Positions 46,100 through 57,494 of a stretch of DNA of 64,000 nt are shown here, piece after piece; position 1 is the stretch's first letter; the number at the start of each line of letters is the position of its first letter. The position numbers were made by a program, and so were the translations under genes. The notes under the pieces are model-generated. The model was not told the DNA's origin. It ran no database searches and was given only the letters and a program-made list of their open reading frames with translations. Source of the stretch: an uncultured Saprospiraceae bacterium (lineage in GTDB: Bacteria > Bacteroidota > Bacteroidia > Chitinophagales > Saprospiraceae); contig CALJVJ010000113.1 in NCBI GenBank assembly GCA_937974625.1, positions 2,854 to 66,853 on the forward strand, written 5' to 3'.

Positions 46100-47581
46100 T
46101 TAATACTTAGCTGGTTGACCAGCAGCAGGTAAACTTTTTGTAATAAAATCTCGAATGTGGTCATTTGCCGAGGCTAAATCTTCTTGTCTTAAGTACATCA
46201 TATGTCCACTTCTATATCCTTCAAATCTCAAACGGTCTTTCATTTTACCACTTGGGTCTAGTTGCCACATAGTATATTTTGCATCAAAATATTGAGTAGC
46301 TCCATCATAAAAACCTGATTGCACCATTACGTTTAAATAAGGGTTTTGAGCCATTGCTTGTCGCAAATTTTCACCAGTGTTATCTCCACTTCTATCCCAC
46401 GGTCGGACAGGTCCAAACATATTGTATTTGATGTCTGTCTTGAATTTCAAATCGTTTCTCAAATAATAATTGATAGCTGGGGTAAAAGAATGTAGCCAAG
46501 AAGTTAATTCAGAATTAAAATCCGGTCGTGTCCCAGCATCTCTTTTGTCTAAACCTTTATATCTAGAATCTAACCTACCAACAGTATATCCTTCATCTCT
46601 TAATAATTCTTTCCAAAAGAAAGAGTTCGGCACATCAAGGTTATTTTGTAGGATAGCTTTTTTAGAAATACCAGAATACATAGCCATCTTAGTAGCAATT
46701 TCCTCTTTCTTTGCGGCTTCTAAAAATCCACCTTTTGTCAAGGCGGGTATCACTTCATTAATCGTATAATTTTCTACTTCAAGTAACAGGTCATCCAAAT
46801 CTTTCTGTTGTAATGCAGGGTCTAATGCTTTGTGATACCATGCAGCAGCAGCAAAATAAGGCAATCTATTAGCCGCTCCAACTGGTCCATCTCGTTTCAC
46901 ACCAAGGCTTGTTGGCGAAACTAGGATAACCCCATTCAAATACATCCATTGTCTATTTTGTAATTCCAATGCTAAACCAGAGACTCTAGTCGTTCCATAA
47001 CTTTCTCCAATTAAGTATTTAGGAGAACGCCACCTATTACTTCTAGTTACGAAAGTATTTATCCAATCTGCTAAATATTTAATATCTGCATTAACGCCAA
47101 AAAAAGTAGCCTTATCTGCGTTTTTATCTATAATTCTGGAATAACCCGTATTGACAGGATTGACAAAAACAATATCGGCAACATCAATAATAGAATGAGG
47201 ATTCTTACGAATACCATAAGGTTGAATTGGAAATCCTTCGTCATCAATTTCCAAAATCCTTGGTCCAGTGTAAGCAACATGCATCCAGACAGATGCAGAA
47301 CCAGGGCCGCCATTAAAAGATATGATTAAAGGTCTTTTCTCATTATTTCCAACGCCTTTACGCTCATAATAGGTATAAAAAAGGGAGGCAATTGGTTGAC
47401 CATCTTTATCCCAAACAGGTTGTGTGCCACAAGTAGCCGTATAATTAATTTGTTGCCCTTTAATGCTAATAGAATGGTCTGTAACCACCGTTGTATCTAT
47501 GGGTAAAGTTCTGCTTTTTTGAGCAGATAATTGAAGGGAATAAAATAAGGAAACTACTAATAAAAAAGTAAATCGCTTCAT
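46100..47581 (-). CDS. Secreted serine carboxypeptidase (peptidase S10 family)
   Basis: Signal peptide, FNGGPGSASVWMH, and nucleophile motif GESYGT. The length and motif order are those of the S10 family. Confidence 0.75.
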   Translation of the reverse strand: MKRFTFLLVVSLFYSLQLSAQKSRTLPIDTTVVTDHSISIKGQQINYTATCGTQPVWDKDGQPIASLFYTYYERKGVGNNEKRPLIISFNGGPGSASVWMHVAYTGPRILEIDDEGFPIQPYGIRKNPHSIIDVADIVFVNPVNTGYSRIIDKNADKATFFGVNADIKYLADWINTFVTRSNRWRSPKYLIGESYGTTRVSGLALELQNRQWMYLNGVILVSPTSLGVKRDGPVGAANRLPYFAAAAWYHKALDPALQQKDLDDLLLEVENYTINEVIPALTKGGFLEAAKKEEIATKMAMYSGISKKAILQNNLDVPNSFFWKELLRDEGYTVGRLDSRYKGLDKRDAGTRPDFNSELTSWLHSFTPAINYYLRNDLKFKTDIKYNMFGPVRPWDRSGDNTGENLRQAMAQNPYLNVMVQSGFYDGATQYFDAKYTMWQLDPSGKMKDRLRFEGYRSGHMMYLRQEDLASANDHIRDFITKSLPAAGQPAKY

Positions 47582-47706
47582 TCTAAAAAAATATTAGGTT
47601 CAATTTAAAATCGGGTAAACACCAATTCAAACCTATTGGTTAGGAAAATAAGATAAAGCCTATTCTAATTATAGGCATTTACTTTTCCCTGCAAATGTAG
47701 CGAAAA

Positions 47707-47720
47707 TTTATTTTGGTAAG
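47707..47720 (-). repeat. Copy 3 (14-nt core) of recurrent upstream word CTTACCAAAATAAA
   Basis: The minus strand reads CAAATTCTTACCAAAATAAATTTT, and copy 1 reads CAAATTTTCTTACCAAAATAAAACC. It lies 126 nt upstream of the S10 peptidase start, in gene orientation. Confidence 0.7.
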
Positions 47721-47914
47721 AATTTGTACTTGTAAATATTAAAAAATAGAAGCTGTTTAAGAATTATTGATTGAAATAGAAATGTAAGAATAAGGGTTCT
47801 CGAAACTGGTTCTATGGCTTTTATAGCCAATTAAATAGTTTTAGTTTTCAAACAATTTTATAAGTGTCCGAGTGGTCTGACAAAGTTAAATTTATCAATT
47901 TCTATTTACGATAA

Positions 47915-50251
47915 TCACCGAATGACCGTAACAAATCCATGAAGATTAGTCACTTCCCCATTATAATTTACATAGCGAACTTTGACGACATACACACCAT
48001 TTGGTGCATCTTTCCCAACATTGTTTTTTCTACCATTCCATTCTGCGTCAGCATTCTCTGTTTCAAAAATTAATTCTCCGTAGCGATTCCAGATACTAAG
48101 ATAAAATTGGTCTGCATCTCCTGCATTCCCGACTCCAAAAAAGGTGTCATTGATTCCATCTCCATTTGGCGTAAAAGCATTGGGTAATTTATAAGATATA
48201 TCTGGGATTACATTAACAAAAGAATAAATGGTATCTCTACACAAATTCTCTCCTGTCACTATTAGTCGAATTTCTTGCTCTCCGCTAGATTGAAAAGTAT
48301 AAACGGGGTTTATTTCTCTAGAAATACCAAAACCAGCGAATAACCAATCCCAGCGGATAGCATCCACTGAAAGGTCCGTGAAAGTTACCACAGGGTCTAA
48401 TCGACTAACTCTATCAGGGCTATACATAAAATCCGCAATTGGACTAGGAAGCGTCGTTATCAAATCACCAAAGGACGTATCAATTTTACAACCAAAAGGA
48501 GAAGTCACACTAAGACTAATTGGAAAAGTTCCGACCGTGTTATAAGTATGAGTTGGACTAACGCCACTACCTAAGGTTCCATCCCCAAAATTCCATTCAA
48601 TATCATATTCATTATTGATAGGATTAGATAAATTTTCAAAGGTAATAGTAGCGGGTAAACAGGATTCTTCTGATGAGGGGGCGATGACTAATACTGGTGG
48701 AATTGGTAGATATCGAACCTCCTTTTCTATTTCTTCGGTACATTCGTTAAAATCTCTTGCTGTTAAGAGGACATCATAAGTCCCAGCCTCCGCAAATTGG
48801 TAATTAATATCTTTATCAAATAAGGTGGAAGTATCTAATTCCCATTTTAATTCTATAATCGCATTCGGCCCAGCTAGTGAGTAAGAAGTATTTGTAAATT
48901 CAACGGGACCACCGACACAGGTATCATATTCAAATTCAAAGTCTGCTACAATCTCAGGGTAAATTTCTACTTGCACCCATCCTGTATCTGTGCACTGTGG
49001 TAAGCCTGGATTTAATACTAAAATCCCGTCATAAGGACCTTCACCAGGAAAATCTAAATCATCAGGGTCAAATTTAGTAGAAGTTGTTTTTTTACCACCA
49101 GGTAGGTCAAAATCCCATTCCACATTATCAATATAGGACCGATTGGTACTTTCATTAATTATCGTTCCATCCCCACAAATTCTTATATAGAATAATTCTC
49201 TTCCATTCTTTTCTCTTAATTCTGTTTCTTCTATATCAACCTTTAAATCATTTTCACAATCTGCGATATTAAATTGAAAATCCCGCCGTACTTCGTTAAT
49301 TAATTGCCCATTTCTAAACGCTTGTACACAAACCCCAACCACATATTGGCCCAAATTTCCAGGAAACCCAGAAATCAATCCTGTTTCTGAGTTTATATTT
49401 ACAGCTGGCTCCTCTCTATCTCTGGATACATTTAAAGGCTGTTGTGCACTAAATCCGTTAACCCATCTAACCGAAGTGTATGGAGGCGCAGATTCAGGGT
49501 CAGGCGCAAGACCATTTACGGCAGCTATAGGAACACTTGTGTTATTATTTCCGTCCCATCCACCACCAAGAAAAGGAGTACAAAAGGAATAAACTAAAGA
49601 ATCTCCATCTATATCTGAAGCAGAATGGTCAAAATTCACATCTTCGCCTCTACAAATAACAATGGGAGGAAAGTCATTAAAAGTTGGACTACTATTACAA
49701 GAATCTCTGGTAAGGCCAAATAAAGTAGTGGTATAGGTCGAGCCTGAAGTTCGTGCACCTAGAATATTAGTAATCGTATTATTTCTACAACAACGTTGGT
49801 AGGAAATGGTGACGTCCTCTACTCCAAAAGGCAAACCGTAAGAAAAAGTATATACGCCCTGTTCAACACACACGTTAGGGGGTGCAATCAAACAAGGGTT
49901 ACTTAGATTCGGTTCGATATTAGTAATGGTAGGTTGGTTTAAAAGTACAGTACCCAAAACTCTGGTTCCTTCAAAAAAGGTAACCGTACCATCTAAGGAA
50001 ACTCTATCACAGTTTCTATCTGAATCAAAACAAGCTCCACCGCCTGCACAATCTCGATAGATATTCATAGTGAAATCATAATTACCACTACCTCTACAGA
50101 CGTAGGTTATTTCTCCGCCAATAATGTGAGCGGCATATAACTCAAAATTGCCTAAGAAAAGTAAGAAAAAGAATGTAGTTATTCTAAAAACCTTCAAATT
50201 GTTCGTTTCTTTTATTAATCGAATGATTGATTTTTTAGTCCTCAAAATCAT
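47915..50251 (-). CDS. T9SS type B (gliding-motility-associated CHU_C-type) C-terminal-domain protein with PKD-like domains
   Basis: The C-terminus LPNAFTPNGDGINDTFF...IWNRYGELIFE...WNGR...APNGVYVVKVRY is the T9SS type B sorting domain. Upstream are PKD-like modules (WNFGDGT...SPTHTY). Confidence 0.85.
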   Translation of the reverse strand: MILRTKKSIIRLIKETNNLKVFRITTFFFLLFLGNFELYAAHIIGGEITYVCRGSGNYDFTMNIYRDCAGGGACFDSDRNCDRVSLDGTVTFFEGTRVLGTVLLNQPTITNIEPNLSNPCLIAPPNVCVEQGVYTFSYGLPFGVEDVTISYQRCCRNNTITNILGARTSGSTYTTTLFGLTRDSCNSSPTFNDFPPIVICRGEDVNFDHSASDIDGDSLVYSFCTPFLGGGWDGNNNTSVPIAAVNGLAPDPESAPPYTSVRWVNGFSAQQPLNVSRDREEPAVNINSETGLISGFPGNLGQYVVGVCVQAFRNGQLINEVRRDFQFNIADCENDLKVDIEETELREKNGRELFYIRICGDGTIINESTNRSYIDNVEWDFDLPGGKKTTSTKFDPDDLDFPGEGPYDGILVLNPGLPQCTDTGWVQVEIYPEIVADFEFEYDTCVGGPVEFTNTSYSLAGPNAIIELKWELDTSTLFDKDINYQFAEAGTYDVLLTARDFNECTEEIEKEVRYLPIPPVLVIAPSSEESCLPATITFENLSNPINNEYDIEWNFGDGTLGSGVSPTHTYNTVGTFPISLSVTSPFGCKIDTSFGDLITTLPSPIADFMYSPDRVSRLDPVVTFTDLSVDAIRWDWLFAGFGISREINPVYTFQSSGEQEIRLIVTGENLCRDTIYSFVNVIPDISYKLPNAFTPNGDGINDTFFGVGNAGDADQFYLSIWNRYGELIFETENADAEWNGRKNNVGKDAPNGVYVVKVRYVNYNGEVTNLHGFVTVIR

Positions 50252-50458
50252 GAAAAGGTTGCAGCTAACAATATTAAGTCCAAATTAATAGAAAGAAAAA
50301 TAGTGCCTCCATTCATCTGTACGCTAAGTAACCATTTCTAATAAACTAAAAGTACAGTAATTGAGTGAATTTTGGAAAAGAAATGAAGTTTTTAAATTAT
50401 TTTGTAGGTTGGAAGTCAATTGTAAGCGCCTTCAATAGGGACTAATGGAAGCTAAAGT

Positions 50459-50493
50459 AAAAAAAAATACCCCGTAATTTTGCAATTACGGGG
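50459..50493 (-). terminator. Rho-independent terminator of pruA
   Basis: CCCCGTAATT (50470-50479) pairs with AATTACGGGG (50484-50493). On the minus strand it is followed by a T-run (A-run 50459-50467 on plus). Confidence 0.8.
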
Positions 50494-50570
50494 CAAAAGT
50501 TAGTTAGGAATTAAATTCCCTCCTAGAGTAAAAATGTAAAAGGATGTCGCCTTTTACTTGACAAAAACTG

Positions 50571-52202
50571 TTATTTGCGCTCCAAGAACGGATATCGGTA
50601 ATCCGATGGAGGATTAAAATTTTCTTTGATAGTGCGAGGGGAAACCCATCGATACAAATTCAATATAGAACCTGCTTTATCATTGGTACCAGATGCTCTA
50701 CCGCCACCAAAAGGTTGCTGTCCTACTACTGCACCTGTAGGTTTATCATTAATATAAAAATTACCAGCTGAATGCTTAAGTAATTCATTTGCTTTTAATG
50801 TTGCGTATCGGTTGTTGGAAAAAATAGCACCTGTTAGTGCATAAGGGGAGCTTTCGTCCACTAAGGTAAGAACTTTTTCGTAATTATCATCATCATATAC
50901 AAAAATAGTTAAAACCGGGCCGAAAATTTCTTCACAGAGTGTACGATACTTAGGGTCTGATGTTTCAATAACGGTCGGTTCAATAAAATAACCTTTAGAT
51001 TTATCATATTTTCCACCAGCAATAATCTTCGCTTTTTTATCTTTTTTAGCTTGGTCAATATATCCGCTTATTTTATCAAAGGAGCGTTCATCAATTACCG
51101 CATTAATAAAATTTGTAAAATCTTCTGGGTTACCCATTTTAAAAGATTTCAAATCTTTTATAAGATGCTTCTTTACCGCTCCCCAAATACTTTTTGGGAT
51201 ATAAGCCCGACTAGCTGCAGAACATTTTTGTCCTTGATATTCAAAAGCCCCTCTCGATAGAGCGGTAGCAACTTGCAGTGGATTAGCAGAATTATGAGCT
51301 ACTACAAAATCTTTCCCACCTGTTTCTCCAACAATCCTTGGATAAGATTTATAGTTGGCAATATTATTACCAATGGTTTTCCATAAAGTTTGAAAAACCT
51401 TTGTACTACCCGTAAAATGTAAGCCTGCAAATTCTGGATGGTTGAAAATAACCTCACCTGCTTCTGGACCATCTGCGAAAACCAAATTAACAACCCCTGG
51501 TGGCAAACCTGCTGCCTCAAAAACTTCCATAATAACTATGGCAGAATAAATCTGGGTATCAGCTGGTTTCCAAACTACGGTGTTTCCCATCATGGCTGGC
51601 GCAGCACAAAGATTAGCTGCAATAGAGGTAAAATTAAAAGGAGTTATGGCAAAAACAAATCCTTCTAAAGCTCTATACTCCAAGCGGTTCCATATCCCAT
51701 CAGCACTCATCGGTTGTTGTGCATATACATCTGTCATGTATTGCACATTAAATCGGAAGAAATCACACAACTCCGCAACTGCATCAATTTCTGCTTGAAA
51801 AACATTTTTCGATTGCGCCAACATCGTTGCCGCATTCATCTTAGCTCTAAATGGGCCTGCCAATAAATCTGCGGCTCTTAAAAATATAGCTGCGCGGTCT
51901 TGCCAAGGCATATTTGCCCAATCGGATTTAGCAGTTAAAGCTGCATCAATCGCTGCTTTAACATGCTTTTTATTTCCTTGATTAAAATACCCTAAAACAT
52001 GATTGGTCTCATGTGGAGGGCGCATTGCTACTTTTTTCTTTGTCTTAATTCGTTCTCCATTGATGACCATAGGAACATCAATTTCCATAGATTTCATTGA
52101 CTTTAAAGCAGCTTTTACCGCTTTTTTCTCAGGTGAACCTGGTGCATAGGAAAGTACTTTTTCGTTTTTGGGAACAGGTACGCTGAATATGGCGTTTGAC
52201 AT
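50571..52202 (-). CDS. pruA: L-glutamate gamma-semialdehyde (1-pyrroline-5-carboxylate) dehydrogenase
   Basis: 543-aa aldehyde dehydrogenase with the PruA-type N-terminus (FSVPVPKNEKVLSYAPGSPEK), ETGGKD and catalytic GQKCSAASR. Confidence 0.88.
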   Translation of the reverse strand: MSNAIFSVPVPKNEKVLSYAPGSPEKKAVKAALKSMKSMEIDVPMVINGERIKTKKKVAMRPPHETNHVLGYFNQGNKKHVKAAIDAALTAKSDWANMPWQDRAAIFLRAADLLAGPFRAKMNAATMLAQSKNVFQAEIDAVAELCDFFRFNVQYMTDVYAQQPMSADGIWNRLEYRALEGFVFAITPFNFTSIAANLCAAPAMMGNTVVWKPADTQIYSAIVIMEVFEAAGLPPGVVNLVFADGPEAGEVIFNHPEFAGLHFTGSTKVFQTLWKTIGNNIANYKSYPRIVGETGGKDFVVAHNSANPLQVATALSRGAFEYQGQKCSAASRAYIPKSIWGAVKKHLIKDLKSFKMGNPEDFTNFINAVIDERSFDKISGYIDQAKKDKKAKIIAGGKYDKSKGYFIEPTVIETSDPKYRTLCEEIFGPVLTIFVYDDDNYEKVLTLVDESSPYALTGAIFSNNRYATLKANELLKHSAGNFYINDKPTGAVVGQQPFGGGRASGTNDKAGSILNLYRWVSPRTIKENFNPPSDYRYPFLERK

Positions 52203-52280
52203 AATGTTGGTTAAATTTATTTGGTTAGAGTATATAGGGAAAATTAAAATTACAAATCTAAAAAAATTGAACGATTTATC

Positions 52281-54320
52281 TTAAATTTTATAATACACAT
52301 GAATTTCAACTTTTCTGTTTTTACTATATATAAAAGAAGCTCTAGTTTCTCCGTATCCTTTATATTTTATTTTCAAATTAGTATAACCTTTTGCTTTAAA
52401 ATAATCAGCCACTTCTTGAGCGCGTTTTTCAGATAATCTTTGGTTATAATCATCTGTACCAATTTGGTCTGCAAAACCTTCCACCACAATGAGTGCTAAT
52501 TGTTCCTTATCCAAATCCTCAATAAGCCTATCAATATTATAACGAGCCTCTTGTGTTAAAGTAAAATCATCAAAATAAAAGTAAACATCTGAAGTAGTAT
52601 ATAGTTTTTCAGTGGGAGTAGTTCCCTTTTTGCTTGTAATCGGTCCCACATTTATCTTTTCTGCTTCCTTATTAGCTGATTGAGGAATCACTTTTCTTTC
52701 AAGGGTTGCTAATTCCATAGATTGATTAAGTGGGCGCAAATATATATCAATTTCTACAAAACCTTCTTCGTTCCAATTATCTAATTTAAATGCATTTTCA
52801 AAGTCATAATATTTTCGTTCAGAAACTAATACTTGAAGCGCACTTAGCGCAGGATGGCAAGCAAAAAAACGACCTTCTTTATCTGTAATGTAATTCCCTT
52901 TTTCACCTATATAGACGACCGATTCAACTGGCTCTTTAGTAAGGGCATCAAACACTTGGCCTTTAACATAAGCAATTTCCTCAAAATCTTTTTTAGGAGG
53001 CATTTTAAACGCATAAATGTCCATGCCACCATACCCACCCTCCCTAGAGGAAGCTATAAACCCTTTGTCTCCTTTAGCAGTCAGGAAAAAGCTTAGTTCT
53101 TGTTCAGGTGAATTAACAGGCTTACCCATATTTTGAGGTCTTGACCACTCCCCTTCTTCACTATATCGGGAATAAAAAATATCCATTCCTCCATATCCAG
53201 GATGCCCATTTGAAGCAAAGTATAAAGTAATATTATCATCTGCGATAAAAGGAGACTCTTCATCTCTAGGGGTATTAATTTTGGGTCCTAAATTAATAGC
53301 TTCCGTCCATTTACCAGATTCTAATAAATAACTTACCCAAATATCTTTACCACCAAAACCACCTGGGCGGTCACTTACAAAATACAGGGACTTCCCTTCA
53401 CAATTAATGGTAGGTTGACTCTCCCAATGTTCAGAATTCACCTCAGGTCCCAACTTATTTATATTTAAAATAGCATCCCTATGCATATTGGCTTTCAAAA
53501 TATTACAATCTCCTTCCGTATCATCTCTATCATACCCTGGAAAAAACATCCATTTTTCATCTCGGCTAATTTTTCCCATTCCTTGATTGAATTCTTTTCG
53601 CATTTTTTTGTCCATTAAAGCCTTACTTTTCGACCAACCATTTCCTTCAGCAGTACTGTACATTAACTGGTCTTCTCCACCATAAAGTGGTACATTTCTC
53701 GTGTAAAACATCCAACTTTCATTATTCGCTATGTATGGAAATAAGTCATCCTGGTCAGAGTTTATTTTCGGCCCTAAATTGGTAATTTTAACATTAACAA
53801 AGTCCGTTTTATGTGCTGCAAAAGTGCAATTTGACAAATAACTCTCTAACAAAGTGTTATAATACGACTCAGTACTCAACTCCAATTCTCCATTTTCGAA
53901 CGACTCAGGTGGTAATTTTAAAAAACTTTCATATTCTTTTAATCGTTCCTTAGCTTTTGAGTAATTTTCAATTTTCATCAGCATTTCTCCTGCTTGAAAA
54001 TATAGCGCACGAGATAATTTGGGGTTAATAGAAATAGTAGTTTCAAAATATTCTGCTGCAATTTGATATTCTCCCTTCAATTCATGCACAACGCCTAGTC
54101 TTCGATACGCCGAAGCCATCATAGGTTTTAAAGCTATTGCTCGTTCAAAATGTTTTTGTGCTTTTTTATATTTTTTATTAGAAAGATTTAAATCTCCATC
54201 TCGAAAACTTTGGAGAAATTCTGTCTGTTGGGCAGCTGACAACTCTTTTTGAGCCATACCTTGGGTAGGCAGGAGCATAAAAATAAGGAAAATTAATAAG
54301 GGATTATAACAAACACTCAT
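52281..54320 (-). CDS. OmpA-family protein with N-terminal TPR and TolB-like (PD40) beta-propeller repeats
   Basis: TPR segment (AIALKPMMASAYRRLGVVHELKGEY). Repeated D..P(F/Y)I..D....(Y)F(A/V)S.R.GG.GG.DI(Y/W) PD40 motifs follow. The C-terminal OmpA-like domain reads VEGFADQIGTDDYNQRLSEKRAQEV. Confidence 0.85.
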   Translation of the reverse strand: MSVCYNPLLIFLIFMLLPTQGMAQKELSAAQQTEFLQSFRDGDLNLSNKKYKKAQKHFERAIALKPMMASAYRRLGVVHELKGEYQIAAEYFETTISINPKLSRALYFQAGEMLMKIENYSKAKERLKEYESFLKLPPESFENGELELSTESYYNTLLESYLSNCTFAAHKTDFVNVKITNLGPKINSDQDDLFPYIANNESWMFYTRNVPLYGGEDQLMYSTAEGNGWSKSKALMDKKMRKEFNQGMGKISRDEKWMFFPGYDRDDTEGDCNILKANMHRDAILNINKLGPEVNSEHWESQPTINCEGKSLYFVSDRPGGFGGKDIWVSYLLESGKWTEAINLGPKINTPRDEESPFIADDNITLYFASNGHPGYGGMDIFYSRYSEEGEWSRPQNMGKPVNSPEQELSFFLTAKGDKGFIASSREGGYGGMDIYAFKMPPKKDFEEIAYVKGQVFDALTKEPVESVVYIGEKGNYITDKEGRFFACHPALSALQVLVSERKYYDFENAFKLDNWNEEGFVEIDIYLRPLNQSMELATLERKVIPQSANKEAEKINVGPITSKKGTTPTEKLYTTSDVYFYFDDFTLTQEARYNIDRLIEDLDKEQLALIVVEGFADQIGTDDYNQRLSEKRAQEVADYFKAKGYTNLKIKYKGYGETRASFIYSKNRKVEIHVYYKI

Positions 54321-54463
54321 ACTTTAATAATTCAAAGAAATCGTTGATATTTATTAAATTTTGCTAGCTAAATCAAAACGACCTCTAACACATACAAAAG
54401 TACGGGAAATTAGTATAAAAGTTAATGAAGGGAAATAAATAAATGGTAAGTAAAGATTAAACC

Positions 54464-57334
54464 TTATTGAAGCAGTTCTAAAATTCGTGAAGCAGTTCTT
54501 TGGACACTAAAACCACCAGTATGTTGCCAAACAATTTTGCCGTCAGCATCAATCAACACACTATAAGGTAAAGTTTCCACTTTATACTTCTTTACCATTT
54601 CTTTATTGGCAAATAAATGTTTACCAGGAAAGGTACCATTAGCTAAATAGTTTCTCCATTTATTTGCGTTTCTATCCATAGAAACATATAGAAAAGCTAC
54701 ATTATCATTTTTGAATTGTTGCTGTAATTTTTGATGAGCAGGTAATAAACGGGTGCAAGGACGGCACCAGGTCGCCCAAAAATCCAAGAAAATAACTTTT
54801 CCTTTATAATCAGCTAAAGAAACAATATTTCCATCTACATCTGCTAGTTCAAAAGAAGGGGCATCCATCCCTTCTACAATTCCCTTAGCTTCTTGATAGG
54901 CTAGTTTAACAAATTCGCCATACAATTTATAGGGGCAATTATTTATAAAATAATAAGCTGCTGCTTCAGCATCTGGTACATTATCCCGCTTTAAGGCTAT
55001 TGAATGTTGTAGCGCTTTATAAAAATATAAAGGTTTTCCTTTTAGGTATTTGTCGGCTAGTTCAAATCTCGATAAGGCTTTGTTCTCAGAAAGAGCAGCC
55101 ATAAAACTTAAATAATCTTGAATATAATAGAGGTAATATTTGTTAGGTAGAGCGCTTGAATTATTTAAGGAAATTTCTCCCATGAAATCATAATAATCAT
55201 CTGGCACCTCCATTGGTGAAGATTGATTGTGGAAAATAGGGTGTTCATAGGGATAATTCATGAGATTGAAAGCAAACCAATATTCAATATCTGATTTTGC
55301 ATATTTAGCAACCTCCGCAGTCAAAGAGTTAGTCTGCAAATATTCTCGTAAAAACCGTAATTTGTTAGCTTTTACTTGGTTTAGGTAAGTTCTAAATTCT
55401 TTGGGTGTAGCGTACCGAATTTTTCTTTCCAATTCAACCTCAATATGTTTAAATTTATTTGCTACAGCTACAAAATAATTATTGATATTACTACCCTTCC
55501 CTGAAAAAATTAAGCCTTCATATAAATCATTACCACTGATTGCCACATCTAAATCATAACCTGGTTGAAGGTAAACATCAATGGATTGAGCGCCTAATTT
55601 TATAGTAGCTGTGGTGGTTGACTTAAGTGGTACATTTAAATGAAAATTGGCATTAGACCTTTTAGGAAATGGAAAAACTGTTTCTTCTCTTAATAAGGGA
55701 TTGGTATTAATAATGATTTCCGCTTTATTGAAGGTTTTTGAATTCGTCGTAGCATCAATAGTCGTAATTTTGGAAAAAGTACTAAAATCAGGAGAAGGAA
55801 TTACTATTTCAGCAGGATGAATATCCTTGACATTTGTAATAGTTTCTTTTTTCTTTTTGAGCAATTTTTTTACAACCCCGACTGTTAAATCTTGGAGAAT
55901 TTTCGATATTTGTTCATTTTCAAGCACTAAACTTTCCGCTCTAATTGTGGTATTGATGGTATCTTTTTTAGCTATGTTTTGCTTTGCTTCTTTTTTAGTT
56001 TTTTCAAGAACCCGTTTCAAAATTTTGATATAAGGTCCATCTTTAGCTTGAGTTAAATAATTTTCTAATTTTTCAAGGTCTTTAATTCCTGTTTTTACTA
56101 TTTCTTGGTATAAATCTTTGGCGATTGCATACCGCATAACCTTTCCTTTAAAATTCGCATATTTGAAATTCTGCATCAACTCAGGCCTAGTATCTGGCAC
56201 TTCTACCCATTTCTTTACATAAACCACTTTCTGTTTAAGGTGAATTCCACCATTAAATACCCATCCTTGACTTCCGTCCCTTAATTCTACTTTTAAAAAT
56301 TTATCCCTATACCTTTTCCCATTATAGCCATACATAAACCTATCATTGGTCACATCTTGTAAAAATAGTACTTCGGTTCCTCTATTTAATTCAGCAATTG
56401 AGGACAAAGCATCATAGGCTTCTTTTCTCACTTTCAACTGGTCAATCAATACTTGACCATAAGTTTGTACCATTTTAACTTTCACCAATTCCTGTTTGAC
56501 ACCATCTACATTTTTAAACTTCAGCTTTCCTCTTGAAATCATATCTTCTCGCCAGTCGGTATATTGTCCTATATATTGAAGATAATTTGCATTGTTCAAG
56601 ACTGCTTCATTGTTTAAATCAAGCGTATCCATAAATTTATAATATTCATCTTCAAGTGATAAAGGAACATTAAAAATACTTGAGGCAGGATGCTGTTTTC
56701 GATAACGCATTAAGTTTTGTCCCCACCAATAGTTAATATCAGCTTTGATATAATCGTAAAATGGTGTTGAAAAATGGGTATCTCGTTTGGTTAAAAATTC
56801 ATCCAGAAAAGCGACTTTTTCAGCTTTGTAGTTGGTTAATAATACTTGGTAATTTTCTGCATTATTTTTGGAAATACCTTCATCAATACTTTTGGCATCG
56901 TTGACATCAAATTTCAGAAAAGTAGCTTTTAAATAATTGTTTCTGAGTCCACCTACACCTGAATATTTTAAAGAATCTACAAATGCGGAGGCAGTAGATT
57001 CGACAAAAATATTATCTCCTTTTTCTACAAAAATGGGAACATGAACATCTCCCAAAGCTATAAAACCAGAAGTATTTTCTCTAAAAGGAATCGTTATGGT
57101 AAATTTACCATCAAGAATAGGCGCAGCATAAAGGATTTCTGCAAAAGTTAGAAAATTTTCGTAAAATTTAAAGGTTATTTTTTGATTGGAATTAGGTGCT
57201 AAACCAGTTATTTCTCCACTAAAAACAATAGTAGATTTTGTTTGCTCTGCCTGAGCAAATAGCGCTACTGTCCATGCAATTAAAAACGGAACAAGTAATA
57301 GTCTTAGCCTAGAATGTAGTAGATCTCGAAACAT
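54464..57334 (-). CDS. Large TlpA-like thiol:disulfide oxidoreductase (C-terminal thioredoxin domain)
   Basis: The C-terminal APSFELADVDGNIVSLADYKGKVIFLDFWATWCRPCTRLLP contains the WCxxC redox motif. The N-terminal ~800 aa are unassigned. Confidence 0.8.
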   Translation of the reverse strand: MFRDLLHSRLRLLLVPFLIAWTVALFAQAEQTKSTIVFSGEITGLAPNSNQKITFKFYENFLTFAEILYAAPILDGKFTITIPFRENTSGFIALGDVHVPIFVEKGDNIFVESTASAFVDSLKYSGVGGLRNNYLKATFLKFDVNDAKSIDEGISKNNAENYQVLLTNYKAEKVAFLDEFLTKRDTHFSTPFYDYIKADINYWWGQNLMRYRKQHPASSIFNVPLSLEDEYYKFMDTLDLNNEAVLNNANYLQYIGQYTDWREDMISRGKLKFKNVDGVKQELVKVKMVQTYGQVLIDQLKVRKEAYDALSSIAELNRGTEVLFLQDVTNDRFMYGYNGKRYRDKFLKVELRDGSQGWVFNGGIHLKQKVVYVKKWVEVPDTRPELMQNFKYANFKGKVMRYAIAKDLYQEIVKTGIKDLEKLENYLTQAKDGPYIKILKRVLEKTKKEAKQNIAKKDTINTTIRAESLVLENEQISKILQDLTVGVVKKLLKKKKETITNVKDIHPAEIVIPSPDFSTFSKITTIDATTNSKTFNKAEIIINTNPLLREETVFPFPKRSNANFHLNVPLKSTTTATIKLGAQSIDVYLQPGYDLDVAISGNDLYEGLIFSGKGSNINNYFVAVANKFKHIEVELERKIRYATPKEFRTYLNQVKANKLRFLREYLQTNSLTAEVAKYAKSDIEYWFAFNLMNYPYEHPIFHNQSSPMEVPDDYYDFMGEISLNNSSALPNKYYLYYIQDYLSFMAALSENKALSRFELADKYLKGKPLYFYKALQHSIALKRDNVPDAEAAAYYFINNCPYKLYGEFVKLAYQEAKGIVEGMDAPSFELADVDGNIVSLADYKGKVIFLDFWATWCRPCTRLLPAHQKLQQQFKNDNVAFLYVSMDRNANKWRNYLANGTFPGKHLFANKEMVKKYKVETLPYSVLIDADGKIVWQHTGGFSVQRTASRILELLQ

Positions 57335-57494
57335 TTAATTTTTCTTCTTATTACTGGTACTACAATTTTAGTGCAAGCTAATAAAATACTTGCTTACTAA
57401 ATCATCAAAGGTCAAATTTTAACTTAAAAACCTGATTATTTATCTAGCAAATAAATTGTTAGAGCGGAATCTGTAAAGTATTAAACAAATATTA